Source: a virus (taxonomy: Duplodnaviria > Caudoviricetes). Taken from it: DNA of 64,000 bases. Location: IMG/VR virus record IMGVR_UViG_2931714059_000002, positions 1-64,000 of that record, one strand, 5' to 3'. Positions 9,366 through 19,226 of the stretch are shown here, one piece after another. The notes under the pieces were generated by a model. It saw only the letters and a program-made list of their open reading frames with translations. It searched no databases and was not told the origin of the DNA. The position numbers and the translations under genes were made by a program. Each line of letters opens with the position of its first letter. The stretch's first letter is position 1.

Positions 9366-10682
9366 ATGGCACGCGGCCACGCCCGTATCGCCTCCACCAT
9401 CTGGGAGGACGCCGATTTCCTCGCCCTGACCACCGATCAGCAGCACCTGTACCTGTTCCTGCTCGGGCAGCCGAACCTCAGCCACGCGGGCGTGCTGCCG
9501 CTGACCTACCGGCGGTGGGCGCGCAAGGCGTCCGGGCTGGCCGCTCGCGACCTCGAGGACCGGATGGGCGCCCTGCACACGGCGCGGTTCGTGGTCGCCG
9601 ATGAGGACACAGAAGAGGTGCTGATCAGGACGTTCGTCCGCAACGACGGCGTGTGGAAGCAGCCGCGCATGATGGGCGCGATGGTGGCTGCCGCTGCCGA
9701 GATCGAGTCGCGGGCGCTGCGCGCGGCGCTGCTGGTCGAGGTGTTGCGGATCGACCTCGGGCAGCTGAGCGGCGAACCGACGAAGGCCGCCGGCGCCGGT
9801 GGCCTGTCCATCCGTGAGCAGGTCGCCGGTCACATTGCGGACCTGCATCAGCTGATCGACCCCACTGGGGGTTCCGCTACCCCCTCCGGAGGGGGGTCGG
9901 GAAGTCCCTCCGGAGGCCCTTCGGGAGGGGGCTCCGCATCTCCCACCGGAGGGGGGTCGGCAGGGAGGGTTGAGGGTGGTTCGGAGCCGCCCGGCAGGGC
10001 CGACCTGGGTACCAAGCAGGACCGCAACTCGTCCGGTGATCCCACGAATTCGGGGCACCACGAGGGTGGTTCGATCAACGGCCCTCTGACCAGCGGAAAC
10101 GACACGACGGAGGGGGGTGGGGAGGGGGATGGGGAACCCCATCCCGACCCCCTTGCGGAGGCCCCCTACGCGCGTGCGGGCGCGCGTCTTCCCCTAACCC
10201 CTAACCCCAGCCCCAGCCCCGTAAAAGAGGGGGGTCGTGCGCGCGAGGGGAAGACCGGCGGGCAGCAGCCTCCCGCCCGCCGACGGCCTGACGGCCTGAC
10301 CACCATCGACGACGCCGACTTCCAGCTGACCGACGCGATGCGCCGCTGGGTGCTGTCGACCTTCGGCGAAGGCTTTGACATCGACCACGCGACGAACCAG
10401 TTCGTCAGCCACTTCCGCTCCACCAACCAGCGCCGCGCGAACTGGGTGGAGGCATGGCGCAAGTGGGTCCGCGACGACCACAAGCGGGCCGCTGAGCGCT
10501 CCCAGCGCACCGGCAACCGTCCCGGGCAGACCGCCGGCACCGACGGCCGCGTGAGCGGCTGGGCCGAGCAGGCCCGGCGCTTCGCCGCTCAGGACGGCCA
10601 CCAGGCGACCACCCGGCAGCTCACCGCCGAGCAGGTCGACGACCTGTTCGCCACCGACAACCACGGAAGTGAGGTCCCATGA
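9366..10682 (+). CDS. Phage replication initiator (O-like)
   Basis: MARGHARIASTIWEDADFLAL..LYLFLLGQPNLSHAG N-terminus; G/S/P linker with iterons; C-terminal FVSHF..NWVEAWRKW. Confidence 0.75.
   Translation: MARGHARIASTIWEDADFLALTTDQQHLYLFLLGQPNLSHAGVLPLTYRRWARKASGLAARDLEDRMGALHTARFVVADEDTEEVLIRTFVRNDGVWKQPRMMGAMVAAAAEIESRALRAALLVEVLRIDLGQLSGEPTKAAGAGGLSIREQVAGHIADLHQLIDPTGGSATPSGGGSGSPSGGPSGGGSASPTGGGSAGRVEGGSEPPGRADLGTKQDRNSSGDPTNSGHHEGGSINGPLTSGNDTTEGGGEGDGEPHPDPLAEAPYARAGARLPLTPNPSPSPVKEGGRAREGKTGGQQPPARRRPDGLTTIDDADFQLTDAMRRWVLSTFGEGFDIDHATNQFVSHFRSTNQRRANWVEAWRKWVRDDHKRAAERSQRTGNRPGQTAGTDGRVSGWAEQARRFAAQDGHQATTRQLTAEQVDDLFATDNHGSEVP
9860..10150. repeat. Iteron-like repeats inside initiator gene (putative origin)
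   Basis: CCGGAGGGGGGTCGG at 9886-9900 and 9946-9960, plus degenerate GGAGGG copies. Confidence 0.55.
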
Positions 10683-11347
10683 ACCGCGAGGAGGCGTCCG
10701 TACTCCTGGGGCACGCCGCCGCTTTCGACAACCGTCGCGAGTCCGAGGCCGCGGCAGTCGCATGGGCTGCGGCTCTCCACGACATCCCGCTGGACCTGGA
10801 CACCTTGGGCACCGTCGCCCGGTACTACAGCACCCCGCCGGTGAACCCGAGCGAGCGTCTGTGGCTCCAGCCGCATCACGTCCGGGCCCTGCGGCGCAGC
10901 ATCCGTAGCGAGCGCGCCCACGGATTCAAGTACGTGCCGTCGGGACCCGATGAGCCGGTCGGTCGGTATCTGGCGCGGCTGCGTGGGCAGATCACCGCGA
11001 CGATCGACGGCCAGGCGCCTCCCTCGCCGCCACGGGCCATCGGACGGCGCCCCGTGGCCGCCCTGGCAGCCGGAGTCGGTGTGGGCGACCCAAGGGGCCA
11101 GCAGTCCCCCAAACGTCCGCACGCGGGCCCCCTGTCGCGTCGCTGCCCCACCTGCCAGGCACCCGTCGGTATCGCCTGCCGAAAGGGCACGGCGGGCAGC
11201 CGCAGGCGGCAGCCACACCCCGCCCGACGAGACGCCGTCCGCATCGCGGCCGGCCTCGCCCCCGAGTCCCGCGAGACCCCGGCCGAGATCGAAGCGCGCC
11301 GCAACGCCTCGGCCGCCTGGCTCGCCCAGCACCCGCAAGACACCTGA
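10679..11347 (+). CDS. Helicase-loader/inhibitor-like protein with C-terminal Zn finger
   Basis: EASVLLGHAAAFDNR..AWAAAL..WLQPHHV; CPTCQAPVGIAC..HPAR; follows initiator. Confidence 0.6.
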   Translation: MNREEASVLLGHAAAFDNRRESEAAAVAWAAALHDIPLDLDTLGTVARYYSTPPVNPSERLWLQPHHVRALRRSIRSERAHGFKYVPSGPDEPVGRYLARLRGQITATIDGQAPPSPPRAIGRRPVAALAAGVGVGDPRGQQSPKRPHAGPLSRRCPTCQAPVGIACRKGTAGSRRRQPHPARRDAVRIAAGLAPESRETPAEIEARRNASAAWLAQHPQDT

Positions 11348-11367
11348 CAACGAACGGAGAAACCGTC

Positions 11368-11757
11368 ATGGGCTACAACACCAGCATCACCGGCGAGATC
11401 AAGATCAGCCCGCCGCTGACCAACCGCGAGATCGCAGGCTCTGCATTCCTCCCAGGCACCACCAATCGCGATGTCCGCCTGGTGGTCGAGGAGGTCACCG
11501 TCGAGACCGACGACGGCACCCTCATCCGCCGCACGGCCACCGCCCTCGAGGCGTCCAGCGAGGGGCCGTACAAGGCGTACCACCTGATGGAGCACATCAC
11601 CGAGGCCATGACCACCTGGCCGGGCCACCAGTTCAGCGGCCATCTGGAGTGCTCCGGCGAGGACGCTGGCGACTTGTGGCGGGTCGTCGTCCGCGACAGC
11701 CGCGTGGAGCGGATCGAGCCCCGCATCGTCTGGCCCGACTCCCCCGATGCCGCATGA
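11368..11757 (+). CDS. Hypothetical protein (DUF6205-like)
   Basis: MGYNTSITGEIKISPPL..GEDAGDLWRV. Confidence 0.7.
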   Translation: MGYNTSITGEIKISPPLTNREIAGSAFLPGTTNRDVRLVVEEVTVETDDGTLIRRTATALEASSEGPYKAYHLMEHITEAMTTWPGHQFSGHLECSGEDAGDLWRVVVRDSRVERIEPRIVWPDSPDAA

Positions 11758-11972
11758 GCCTGCACCACACCGACCCCGCGAGCGGCCTGCGTCACGGTCA
11801 CATCCGCCACCCCGACGGGCAGCCGCCGACCCCGCAGGGCTGCCGCTGGTGCGGCACCCCCCAGCAGCACCACGGCCGCCGGTGGAGCGACAGCCACGGC
11901 GTGCACGCCTGGGAGCCCCTCACCGCCGCGCAGGTTCTCGCCCGCATGCGCGCCCGCCGCGCGGCCCGCTGA
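11754..11972 (+). CDS. Small Zn-binding hypothetical protein
   Basis: PQGCRWCG..HG..HAWEP. Confidence 0.6.
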   Translation: MSLHHTDPASGLRHGHIRHPDGQPPTPQGCRWCGTPQQHHGRRWSDSHGVHAWEPLTAAQVLARMRARRAAR

Positions 11973-12058
11973 CCACCAACGCCCGGTGCCGCCCCGCTGA
12001 TACCGGGGCGGCACCCGGACCCCACCAGCACACCACACGCCCCAGGAGGGCAGCACAC

Positions 12059-13186
12059 ATGAGCACTCAGCTCACCCCGGAGCGCGAGGCCACGGCCCGC
12101 GCCATCGCCCAGGCCGCGACCGACGACGAAATGATCGTGTCCGACTGCGAGGGCTCGCTGGAGGTCTGGCGCGTCGCCGCCCTGCCCAACTTCCAGCGCG
12201 ACGAGAACGGCTATCCCTCGTGGATCGTGCCGTCCTCGTACCGCCCCAACGACCTCGTGATCGAGATCGAACTGAGCACCTGGGACCGCGACGAGGACCC
12301 GTTCGACGACCAGCGGCGCGACGACATCGAGCAGCTGGTGGCCGCCCGGCAGGAGATCGTGCCCGCGCTGCTCGCCGAGATCGACCGGCTGCGCGCCGCT
12401 GCCGCCGCCCCGGACGAGGCCGATCAGCTGCGGTACAGCATGGGCGGCGCCCTCGACGCGCTGACCGCAGGCGACCACGAGCGGGCTGCCGCCATCCTCC
12501 GCGCCGCCGGTTCCATCGGGCAGCACGATCCGGCCGCCCCTGAGCCGACCGGCCTGCACTGGTCACCGCAGGACATCGCCCACGTCGATGACGGCACCGT
12601 CGAGCTCTACATGACGACCGCCGAGGGCATGCCGGCCATCCTCGCGCTGGAGCCCGCCCACGCCGCAGCTCTCGCCGCAGCGTGCGCGACGCAGGAGCCC
12701 GGCCCGGCAGCGGTGCTGCGCCTGGACCTGTACCGGGGCCCGGAGGTCACCGTGCGCCTGGACGACTGGGACCTCACCGCGCATCCCGAGCACGACGTGA
12801 CCGCGCACGCGCTGACTGTCCTGGCCGGCTGGGTCAGCGTGGTGGACACCGCCGAGCTGCCCGCCGGCGGGCCGCTGCGGATCGCTCACGCCTACCTGCC
12901 GGGCAACCCGGACACCGAACTCTCCGAGATCACCGCGTACCTGGACATCACCGAGATCGAAGGGGCGCACCGCGCCAGCTTCACCTGGACAGCGGCCGAC
13001 CCGGTCTTGCCGTCGGCCCAGCAACTGCTGCCGTGGGCCCAGCACCTCACCGAGGAGCAGCTGACCGAGCTGCTCGACGGCCTGGCCGACGCCGCCGTCC
13101 CCCACGCCCCGGCCAGCGACCGCCTCGCCCGCGTCACCGAGGTCCTCGCGGCCAGCCGTACCGCTGCCCTGGGCGGTGCGGCATGA
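12059..13186 (+). CDS. Hypothetical multi-domain protein
   Basis: RBS AGGAGG; VPALLAEIDRLRA motif. Confidence 0.7.
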   Translation: MSTQLTPEREATARAIAQAATDDEMIVSDCEGSLEVWRVAALPNFQRDENGYPSWIVPSSYRPNDLVIEIELSTWDRDEDPFDDQRRDDIEQLVAARQEIVPALLAEIDRLRAAAAAPDEADQLRYSMGGALDALTAGDHERAAAILRAAGSIGQHDPAAPEPTGLHWSPQDIAHVDDGTVELYMTTAEGMPAILALEPAHAAALAAACATQEPGPAAVLRLDLYRGPEVTVRLDDWDLTAHPEHDVTAHALTVLAGWVSVVDTAELPAGGPLRIAHAYLPGNPDTELSEITAYLDITEIEGAHRASFTWTAADPVLPSAQQLLPWAQHLTEEQLTELLDGLADAAVPHAPASDRLARVTEVLAASRTAALGGAA

Positions 13187-14073
13187 GCGAGCAGACCCGC
13201 AGCCGCACGGAGCAGATCCGGGCCCACGCGGAGGCCGCCATCACCCGCCGTCTGGGGTCATGGGACCCTGCCGCTCTGCGCAGCGTCACCCCCGACGGCC
13301 CCCACCACGTGGTGGTGGAGACCTCGTCCGGTGGCAATGCTCTGGCCGTCGCCCAACACCTCGCCGGGCTCGGGTACGGCGTCGAGGCCAGCGGCACGAC
13401 TGTCAGGGTCTCCCCGCCCGCCCCGGAGTCACCCAGTCGCCAGGAGCAGATCCGGGCCCTGCTCAGCCCGGAGCAGCGGCCCGCGACCGACGAGCTGCTG
13501 CTGAGCCTCGCCGAGTCTGTCCGTGACCGGCGCGAGCACCAGCACCCGACCGGGCCTCAGGAAGACCTCTTCTGCGGCAACCTGGCCGGGTGGGCGGGCG
13601 AGCGCATGGGTGCCGTCCTCGCCCGCCTGGCCGACACCGAGGACCAGGTCGACAAGCTCAAGAGGAAGCTCCGCACCGCGCTCGACGGAGTGGACGAGAA
13701 GCTCCGAGACTTGGACGCCGAGGTCCGCCGGTACGCAGCTGGTGAGGAGGCACCAGTCCTGTGGTCGGTGTACAACAAGATGCACCAGCGTGCTTTGCAG
13801 GCCGAGCACGAGGCTGGACGGCTCCGCGCTGAGCTGAAAGAACGCCAGAGCCGCGCGGAGGCAGGGGAAACCGAGGACTTCTTTCGGCCCGGAGTCACCT
13901 ACCAGCGGCGCCGATGGATCTTCCAGTGCCTCTCGGTCGGGCCCAAGCCGAACACCGACGAGACCCGCGCCATCGGTTGGCTCGGTCGACCGGGCGAAAC
14001 CGCCACCCCTACGGCCCTCCGCGCTGATGACTGGGCACACGGCGAGTGGCTCCCCCAGGGCGGTGCCGCATGA
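13183..14073 (+). CDS. Hypothetical coiled-coil protein
   Basis: ATGA overlap; DFFRPGVTY C-terminal domain. Confidence 0.7.
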   Translation: MSEQTRSRTEQIRAHAEAAITRRLGSWDPAALRSVTPDGPHHVVVETSSGGNALAVAQHLAGLGYGVEASGTTVRVSPPAPESPSRQEQIRALLSPEQRPATDELLLSLAESVRDRREHQHPTGPQEDLFCGNLAGWAGERMGAVLARLADTEDQVDKLKRKLRTALDGVDEKLRDLDAEVRRYAAGEEAPVLWSVYNKMHQRALQAEHEAGRLRAELKERQSRAEAGETEDFFRPGVTYQRRRWIFQCLSVGPKPNTDETRAIGWLGRPGETATPTALRADDWAHGEWLPQGGAA

Positions 14074-14600
14074 GCGCCAAGCCCATGACGCCGCACGCCG
14101 CCACAGTCCGACTGCGGCAGTACGGCGAGGAGACCGGCACCTACGGCAGCCGCTCCGAGCGCGCACTGCACGAGATCGCCACCGTGCTCGCCGAGGAGGT
14201 CACGCGCCTGCGCAGGTGGGCGGCGAGCCGGGAGCGCCGCGACGACGAGATCCGCGCCGCGCTCGCCGCCACCGAGATCCCCGAGGGTGAGGCCGGCGCC
14301 GACCTGATCGGCCTCGGCATGACCGTGCTCGCCCACCTGGACTCGCCGGTCTACCCCGAGACCTGGGACCCCGAGGACCGCGTCGCCGCGCTCCGCCAGC
14401 TCACCAGGCAGCTCACCGCCCGCCTCACGGACCAGGCCAGCGAGCTGGACGGCTACCGCGCGCTCGAACTCGGCGCCGTCGACGGACTCCTGTCCGCCAC
14501 GTGCCCCGACCCGGGACACCCGACATGGCTGCGCCAGGAGCACGACATGCGCAGCTGCCCCTGGTGCGCCCTCACCACTCGCCCCGCCCCCACGTACTGA
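14070..14600 (+). CDS. Hypothetical protein
   Basis: ATGA overlap; CPWC. Confidence 0.65.
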   Translation: MSAKPMTPHAATVRLRQYGEETGTYGSRSERALHEIATVLAEEVTRLRRWAASRERRDDEIRAALAATEIPEGEAGADLIGLGMTVLAHLDSPVYPETWDPEDRVAALRQLTRQLTARLTDQASELDGYRALELGAVDGLLSATCPDPGHPTWLRQEHDMRSCPWCALTTRPAPTY

Positions 14601-14654
14601 CCGCCCTGCCGCCCCGCCCACCAGCGGCAGGGCGGCCCACCCCGAAGGACAGCA

Positions 14655-15017
14655 ATGGACACGACCATGACTGCCGTCGACGGGCGCGACGCCCTCGCCA
14701 TCGTCATCATCCGACCCGGCGTGCCTGGCGGCCCTGACGTCTCGATCGAGGCCAACGCGAACGGCCTCAGCAAGGAGCAGGCCGCTCACGTCCTGCGGCA
14801 CGTCGCGGACCTGTGGGACCCCGCCGGTGCGGCTGGTGAGATCCAGTGGGCCGTGCGCGTCGACAACGGCGACAAGGAGCCCACCCTCGATGTCCGCGAC
14901 GGCCAGGACGACGCCGTCGCCGCGCTCGGCCGCTGGCGCCACAGCCACCCCCACGCCCAGCTCGTGCAGCGCACCGCCCACTACGGGCCGTGGCAGATCG
15001 CCGAGGAGCAGCACTGA
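14655..15017 (+). CDS. Hypothetical protein
   Basis: RBS GAAGGA. Confidence 0.65.
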   Translation: MDTTMTAVDGRDALAIVIIRPGVPGGPDVSIEANANGLSKEQAAHVLRHVADLWDPAGAAGEIQWAVRVDNGDKEPTLDVRDGQDDAVAALGRWRHSHPHAQLVQRTAHYGPWQIAEEQH

Positions 15018-15292
15018 TGGGCCACACCAACCGCGCCATCAGCGACGACGAGCGCCAGCGACGGCACCTCGCGTGGAACAGCGGCCTCACCGGCGAGTCG
15101 GCACCACCGCGGCGCATCTCCCCGCCCGGCGGCTGCGCCGACGAGCAGTGCGGGCAGATCCACATCGGCCCCGCGCCCGCCGGCATGACGCTCATCGCCG
15201 ACCAGACCGGCCGCGGTGAGCACCGCGCCTACTGCACCGGCCGCTGCGCGACCTACGGCGAGGCCCTCGCCGACGTGCGCGCCCTGCCCTGA
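15017..15292 (+). CDS. Hypothetical protein
   Basis: TGATG overlap; YCTGRC. Confidence 0.6.
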   Translation: MGHTNRAISDDERQRRHLAWNSGLTGESAPPRRISPPGGCADEQCGQIHIGPAPAGMTLIADQTGRGEHRAYCTGRCATYGEALADVRALP

Positions 15293-15362
15293 CCAACCCG
15301 GTGGCCGCCCCCGCCCGACACGGGGGCGGCCACCCACCACCCGTACCAGAGAGGAAGGGACC

Positions 15363-15797
15363 ATGTCCCCCACTACCCGCCAGGAACAGGGCGAACAGGC
15401 AGCCCAGCGCTGGAACACCGCGCATCCCATCGGCACGCAGGTCATCGCCTACCCCGTCACCCGGGACGACGCGCCGCTGTACACGTGGACCCGCAGCCGC
15501 GCGTGGACGCTCGGCCACGGTGACCCGGTCGTGACCGTCGAGGGCTACACCGGAGGAATCTGCCTGACCCACATCGACACCGTCGACGGCTGGGTCCTGA
15601 CGTCGCGGAACTACCTGGCGATCGAAGCGGCCATCGACCGCGACGGCACCTTCACCAAGCAGTACACCCGGTCGGTCGACGGCCGCATCGCCACCGTCGG
15701 TATGCGGATCGGCGAGAAGCCCGGCCACGTCGTCGCGTTCTTCGGCGACACGATCGTCCGCCGGCGCTCCGGCATCTACACCGTCCGCCGTCCCTGA
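15363..15797 (+). CDS. Hypothetical protein
   Basis: WNTAHPIGTQVIAYP..TRSRAWTLG. Confidence 0.7.
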   Translation: MSPTTRQEQGEQAAQRWNTAHPIGTQVIAYPVTRDDAPLYTWTRSRAWTLGHGDPVVTVEGYTGGICLTHIDTVDGWVLTSRNYLAIEAAIDRDGTFTKQYTRSVDGRIATVGMRIGEKPGHVVAFFGDTIVRRRSGIYTVRRP

Positions 15798-15863
15798 CGA
15801 CCCCCAACAGCAGTCCGCCCCGGGCCTCCCGGGGCGGACCTCACTACCAGAACGGAGAAGCCC

Positions 15864-16004
15864 ATGACCTGTGAGGACTGCGGCACCCGTCACTGCCACA
15901 GGTGCCGCACCCACTACTGCCTGGACGTGTGCCCCTGCGGGCGCAGCCACACGTGTGACTGCCAGTGCGACGCGCACGACCGCGCGCTGACCGACGCCGA
16001 CTGA
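15864..16004 (+). CDS. Cys/His-rich microprotein (46 aa, 10 Cys)
   Basis: RBS GGAG; MTCEDCGTRHCHRCRTHYCLDVCPCGRSHTCDCQCDAHDRALTDAD. Confidence 0.65.
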   Translation: MTCEDCGTRHCHRCRTHYCLDVCPCGRSHTCDCQCDAHDRALTDAD

Positions 16005-16068
16005 CCACCACGCGGGCCGCCCCCGGTGGCGGGGGCGGCCCCAACACCCGCGCGAGGAGCACCACCCC

Positions 16069-16473
16069 GTGGAGTACGTCCCCACCGACCGCACGATCGC
16101 CGGCCAACTCACGGCCGCCGCCCACCGGCTGCGCGGAGCCTCCCGCGCCGGCACCACAACCCCCCTCGTCCTCACCCCCGACACCGCCCGGCTACTCGCC
16201 GACCGGCTCACGCGCGAGGCGCAGATCGGCGCGGTCCCCGTACACCTCCTGGCCCTCACCGACGCCATCACCGCCCAAGAGCCGCCCCCGCCCGGCGCCG
16301 CCATCCTCCGCAGCGACCACGCTGCGGCCCGCCCCAGCGACGCCGAGCTGGCCAGCGCCACCCGCCAACTCCTCGCCCACCTCCACGACCACGACCCGGC
16401 CGCCGCCCGCGCTCTGGACACCGCGCTCCGCCGCTACACCCCGCAGCAGGTCAGCACCTCCACTGCGGCATGA
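16069..16473 (+). CDS. Hypothetical protein
   Basis: RBS GAGGAG, GTG start. Confidence 0.6.
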   Translation: MEYVPTDRTIAGQLTAAAHRLRGASRAGTTTPLVLTPDTARLLADRLTREAQIGAVPVHLLALTDAITAQEPPPPGAAILRSDHAAARPSDAELASATRQLLAHLHDHDPAAARALDTALRRYTPQQVSTSTAA

Positions 16474-16502
16474 CAACCCGACATGAACATGAAGGAGTCC
16501 AC

Positions 16503-16688
16503 ATGCCCGAGCACATCCCCCCGATGAAGCGCGTCCGCGTCCGCGGCGGACGCCACGTCCACGCCGTCGTACTCGACGCCGACGGCATCGCCCGCACCGC
16601 CTGCGGGAGCCGCAGGCTGCGAGCGGTCGACCGCAAGCAGCCCGCCAGCGAGCCGATCACCTGCCCGAACTGCCGCAAGGTCGCCTGA
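16503..16688 (+). CDS. Small Zn-ribbon protein
   Basis: RBS AAGGAG; HVH..TACG..ITCPNC. Confidence 0.65.
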   Translation: MPEHIPPMKRVRVRGGRHVHAVVLDADGIARTACGSRRLRAVDRKQPASEPITCPNCRKVA

Positions 16689-16779
16689 CCCCTGGTGGCC
16701 CGGCTGACGTCGGGCCACCCCATCACCAACCCCCAGGGGCCGCCTCCCGCCCGGCAGCCCCACCCGCTCAGGAGCCACC

Positions 16780-16971
16780 ATGCACCACCCCATCCCGGCC
16801 GGCGCCCGCGAGGACATCACCGCCGCCCTCACCCACTGGCACACCGTCACCCCCCAGGCACAGGCCACACCGGAGGCGCTCGCCGACTACCTGTGCGGCG
16901 TCCTCGCCGACTGCGGATGGCGCATCACCCCGACCGCCCAGGACACCTCACACCAGGACACGGCCGCATGA
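16780..16971 (+). CDS. Hypothetical protein
   Basis: RBS AGGAG. Confidence 0.55.
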   Translation: MHHPIPAGAREDITAALTHWHTVTPQAQATPEALADYLCGVLADCGWRITPTAQDTSHQDTAA

Positions 16972-17528
16972 CGATCACACCGCTCAAGGCGCCGGCCTTT
17001 CTCGCTGCGCTGCGCCCCGGCGAGAGCACCCCCTGCCGCACAGCGCCACGCCTATTCGACCCGGAGGCCGGCCCCCACTCCCGGGAGGAGGCCCGCGAGA
17101 TGTGCGGCACATGCCGGCTCCAGGAGGAGTGTCAGGACTGGGCGATCGCCGCGGGTGAGCCCCGCGGGCTGTGGGGCGGGCTGACGCCTATGGAGCGGCG
17201 CGAGCGCGGGGCGCGTCTGGTGGTGCAGCCCTCCAGGCGGCGGTGCTCTGCCTGCGGCCTGCCCGGGGCTCGCCGGGGGCACCGGACGTGCGGGCCCTGT
17301 GAGGCCGCAGCGGTCGAGGAGCGGCGGCGGGCGTGGCTGCGCGTCGAGCACGCGCGGCCGGACGGGGGGAGCGTGCGCGGGTACCGGCTGGAACTACTGC
17401 TGGGGTTGGAGACGTGCGAGCCGTGCCGGGCCGCGTGGCGGGAACGGAGGCGGAGTCTCGCGGACTCACGTCGGCTGGCCTGGGGAGGGTCACCCCCCTC
17501 ACGCATGCGACGCGACAAGGCGATTTGA
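16968..17528 (+). CDS. WhiB family transcription factor with C-terminal Zn-binding extension
   Basis: C..C-G-T-C..C and GLWGGLTPMERR. Confidence 0.9.
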   Translation: MTITPLKAPAFLAALRPGESTPCRTAPRLFDPEAGPHSREEAREMCGTCRLQEECQDWAIAAGEPRGLWGGLTPMERRERGARLVVQPSRRRCSACGLPGARRGHRTCGPCEAAAVEERRRAWLRVEHARPDGGSVRGYRLELLLGLETCEPCRAAWRERRRSLADSRRLAWGGSPPSRMRRDKAI

Positions 17529-17552
17529 CATCACCTTTCAATGTCGTATTCT
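17508..17552 (+). promoter_or_regulatory. Operator-flanked promoter P2
   Basis: CGACGCGACAAGGCGA; TTGACA 17525-30; TATTCT 17547-52. Confidence 0.7.
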
Positions 17553-17582
17553 GGGAGTCAGTTCGTCACTCCAGGGAGCACC

Positions 17583-17870
17583 GTGATCACCACACGCACA
17601 CAGCTGGCCGACCTGACGCAGGACCAGCTCGACGCGCTCTACGACCAGATCGCCCGCCTCGGCCGCGACGTGAGCGTGATGCACGACGGCATCAATCGGA
17701 CCACGCTCGAAGCCCTCGGGCAGCGACGGGAGATGCGGGAGATCAGCCGCCGCCTCGCTGCCGCCCGCGCCTACGCCACCGACAACGCCTCGCAGCTCTC
17801 CCAGGGCGGGCACACCGAACTGCTGCTCACCCTCGGCGTCCGCCGCCAGACTGAGGGCGGGCAGGCATGA
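17583..17870 (+). CDS. Hypothetical protein
   Basis: RBS AGGGAG, GTG; LADLTQDQLDALYD. Confidence 0.65.
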   Translation: MITTRTQLADLTQDQLDALYDQIARLGRDVSVMHDGINRTTLEALGQRREMREISRRLAAARAYATDNASQLSQGGHTELLLTLGVRRQTEGGQA

Positions 17871-18480
17871 CACACCGCAGCACCGACGGGCGCGCCCTGG
17901 GACCGCGAGGGCAGCAGACCCGCAAGGCGATCCTGCGCAGCCTCTCCCGGCGGCTCGCCGACACCCCGTATCAGAAGCTCTCAGTCCAGCGTGTGGCGTA
18001 CATGGCTGGGCAGACGGACGTCAACTTCTACCGGTACTTCACGAACATCGACGCCGCCGTCCTGGCGCTGGCCGACGAGGTCGCCGACGAGGGATACAAC
18101 GCGGACTTCACCAGCCCCTACGAGTGGCGGACTCTCGCCACGGCTACCCGGATCGTCGCGGACTTCTGCGCGCTGTACGCCAGGCACCGCCCGATCCTGC
18201 GCGTGGTCGAACTGCGCGCGGCCGAGGGTTACACCGAGTACGCCGCCACTCGGGCCCACTTCCTGTACGGCCTCCAGGTGGGCCTGGAGCAGGCCGCATC
18301 GCGCCACCGTCCGGACGCGTCGGACGAGGCGCTGTCCGCCCTCGTCGCGCCGCTCGTGGGAATGCTCGCGGCCCTCGCCGCACACCCGGCGCAGGACAAC
18401 GCCGTACAGGGTACGCGGCGGAGATCCTCCATGCCGCTGTGACCGGCGCGCCCGTGTACGTGGCCGCCAGCGAGTACTGA
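17867..18480 (+). CDS. TetR family regulator with probable frameshift near 18410
   Basis: GRALGPRGQQTRKAIL..VAYMAGQTDVNFYRYF; GC3-rich continuation in another frame to TGA 18480. Confidence 0.75.
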
Positions 18481-18491
18481 CCAACCACCAC

Positions 18492-18518
18492 GGCCCCGCC
18501 CCGAGTACGGGCGGGGCC
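18492..18518 (+). terminator. GC-rich hairpin
   Basis: GGCCCCGCCC..GGGCGGGGCC. Confidence 0.5.
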
Positions 18519-18520
18519 CG

Positions 18521-18599
18521 CGACGGCCGGCCACCCACCTGCCGCGCCTGCCTCACAACAGCCCGCCGCATCACCGCACAAGGAGCAAATCACATGAGC
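18521..18599 (+). repeat. Approx. 78-bp direct repeat, copy 1 (copy 2 at 19792-19869)
   Basis: Both read CGACGGCCGGCCACC..AGGAGCA..CACATGAGC. Confidence 0.9.
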
Positions 18600-19226
18600 A
18601 TGAACGACTGTGAAGAGCTGCAATACCTTATCGACCGTGCCCGAGCCGACGGCTTGTCACCCGCCGAAGGCATCGAGATCGCCGCAGCAGTCGAGCGGCT
18701 CCGGGACGAACTGACCGCCACGCACGAACTGGCCGCCCGCACCCATCGCGCCTACTACGACCTCGCGCGGACGCTCTACCGCCGCGAGGAGACGAGCGCC
18801 GATTCTCGCGCGACGTTGCCCATCACCGACGCCATGGTCCAAGCCGCTGGCGTAGCCATTGAGAGGGAGTGCCTGACCCGGCTGGGGCGGAGCCTGGGAA
18901 CCGCCTACCGGGACGACATCGCCCACGCTGCGCTCGTAGCTGCTCGGGCGGTCGCATCTCCAGGCGCCAGGACTGAGCAGCCCGTCGGCAACTCGATGTC
19001 GGGCGGCCAGGCCGACACCGTCGTCCAGGCGGGGACGGTGAACGGCGGCATCAGCACCGGCACCCACACCGTCATCAACGAGCCCACAGGCCCCGTCAAC
19101 ACGGGAGACGGCGCCCAGATCGTCACCACCTACAGCGGCACCATCACCCAGCAAGTCGGGCAGGGGCACGCCGTCGTCGGCGATGTGCACGGCGGGCTGC
19201 ACTACAACGCCGGCGACCATTCATGA
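18594..19226 (+). CDS. Hypothetical protein with Gly/Val/Asn-rich C-terminal repeats
   Basis: RBS AAGGAG; VVQAGTVNGGI repeats. Confidence 0.65.
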   Translation: MSMNDCEELQYLIDRARADGLSPAEGIEIAAAVERLRDELTATHELAARTHRAYYDLARTLYRREETSADSRATLPITDAMVQAAGVAIERECLTRLGRSLGTAYRDDIAHAALVAARAVASPGARTEQPVGNSMSGGQADTVVQAGTVNGGISTGTHTVINEPTGPVNTGDGAQIVTTYSGTITQQVGQGHAVVGDVHGGLHYNAGDHS

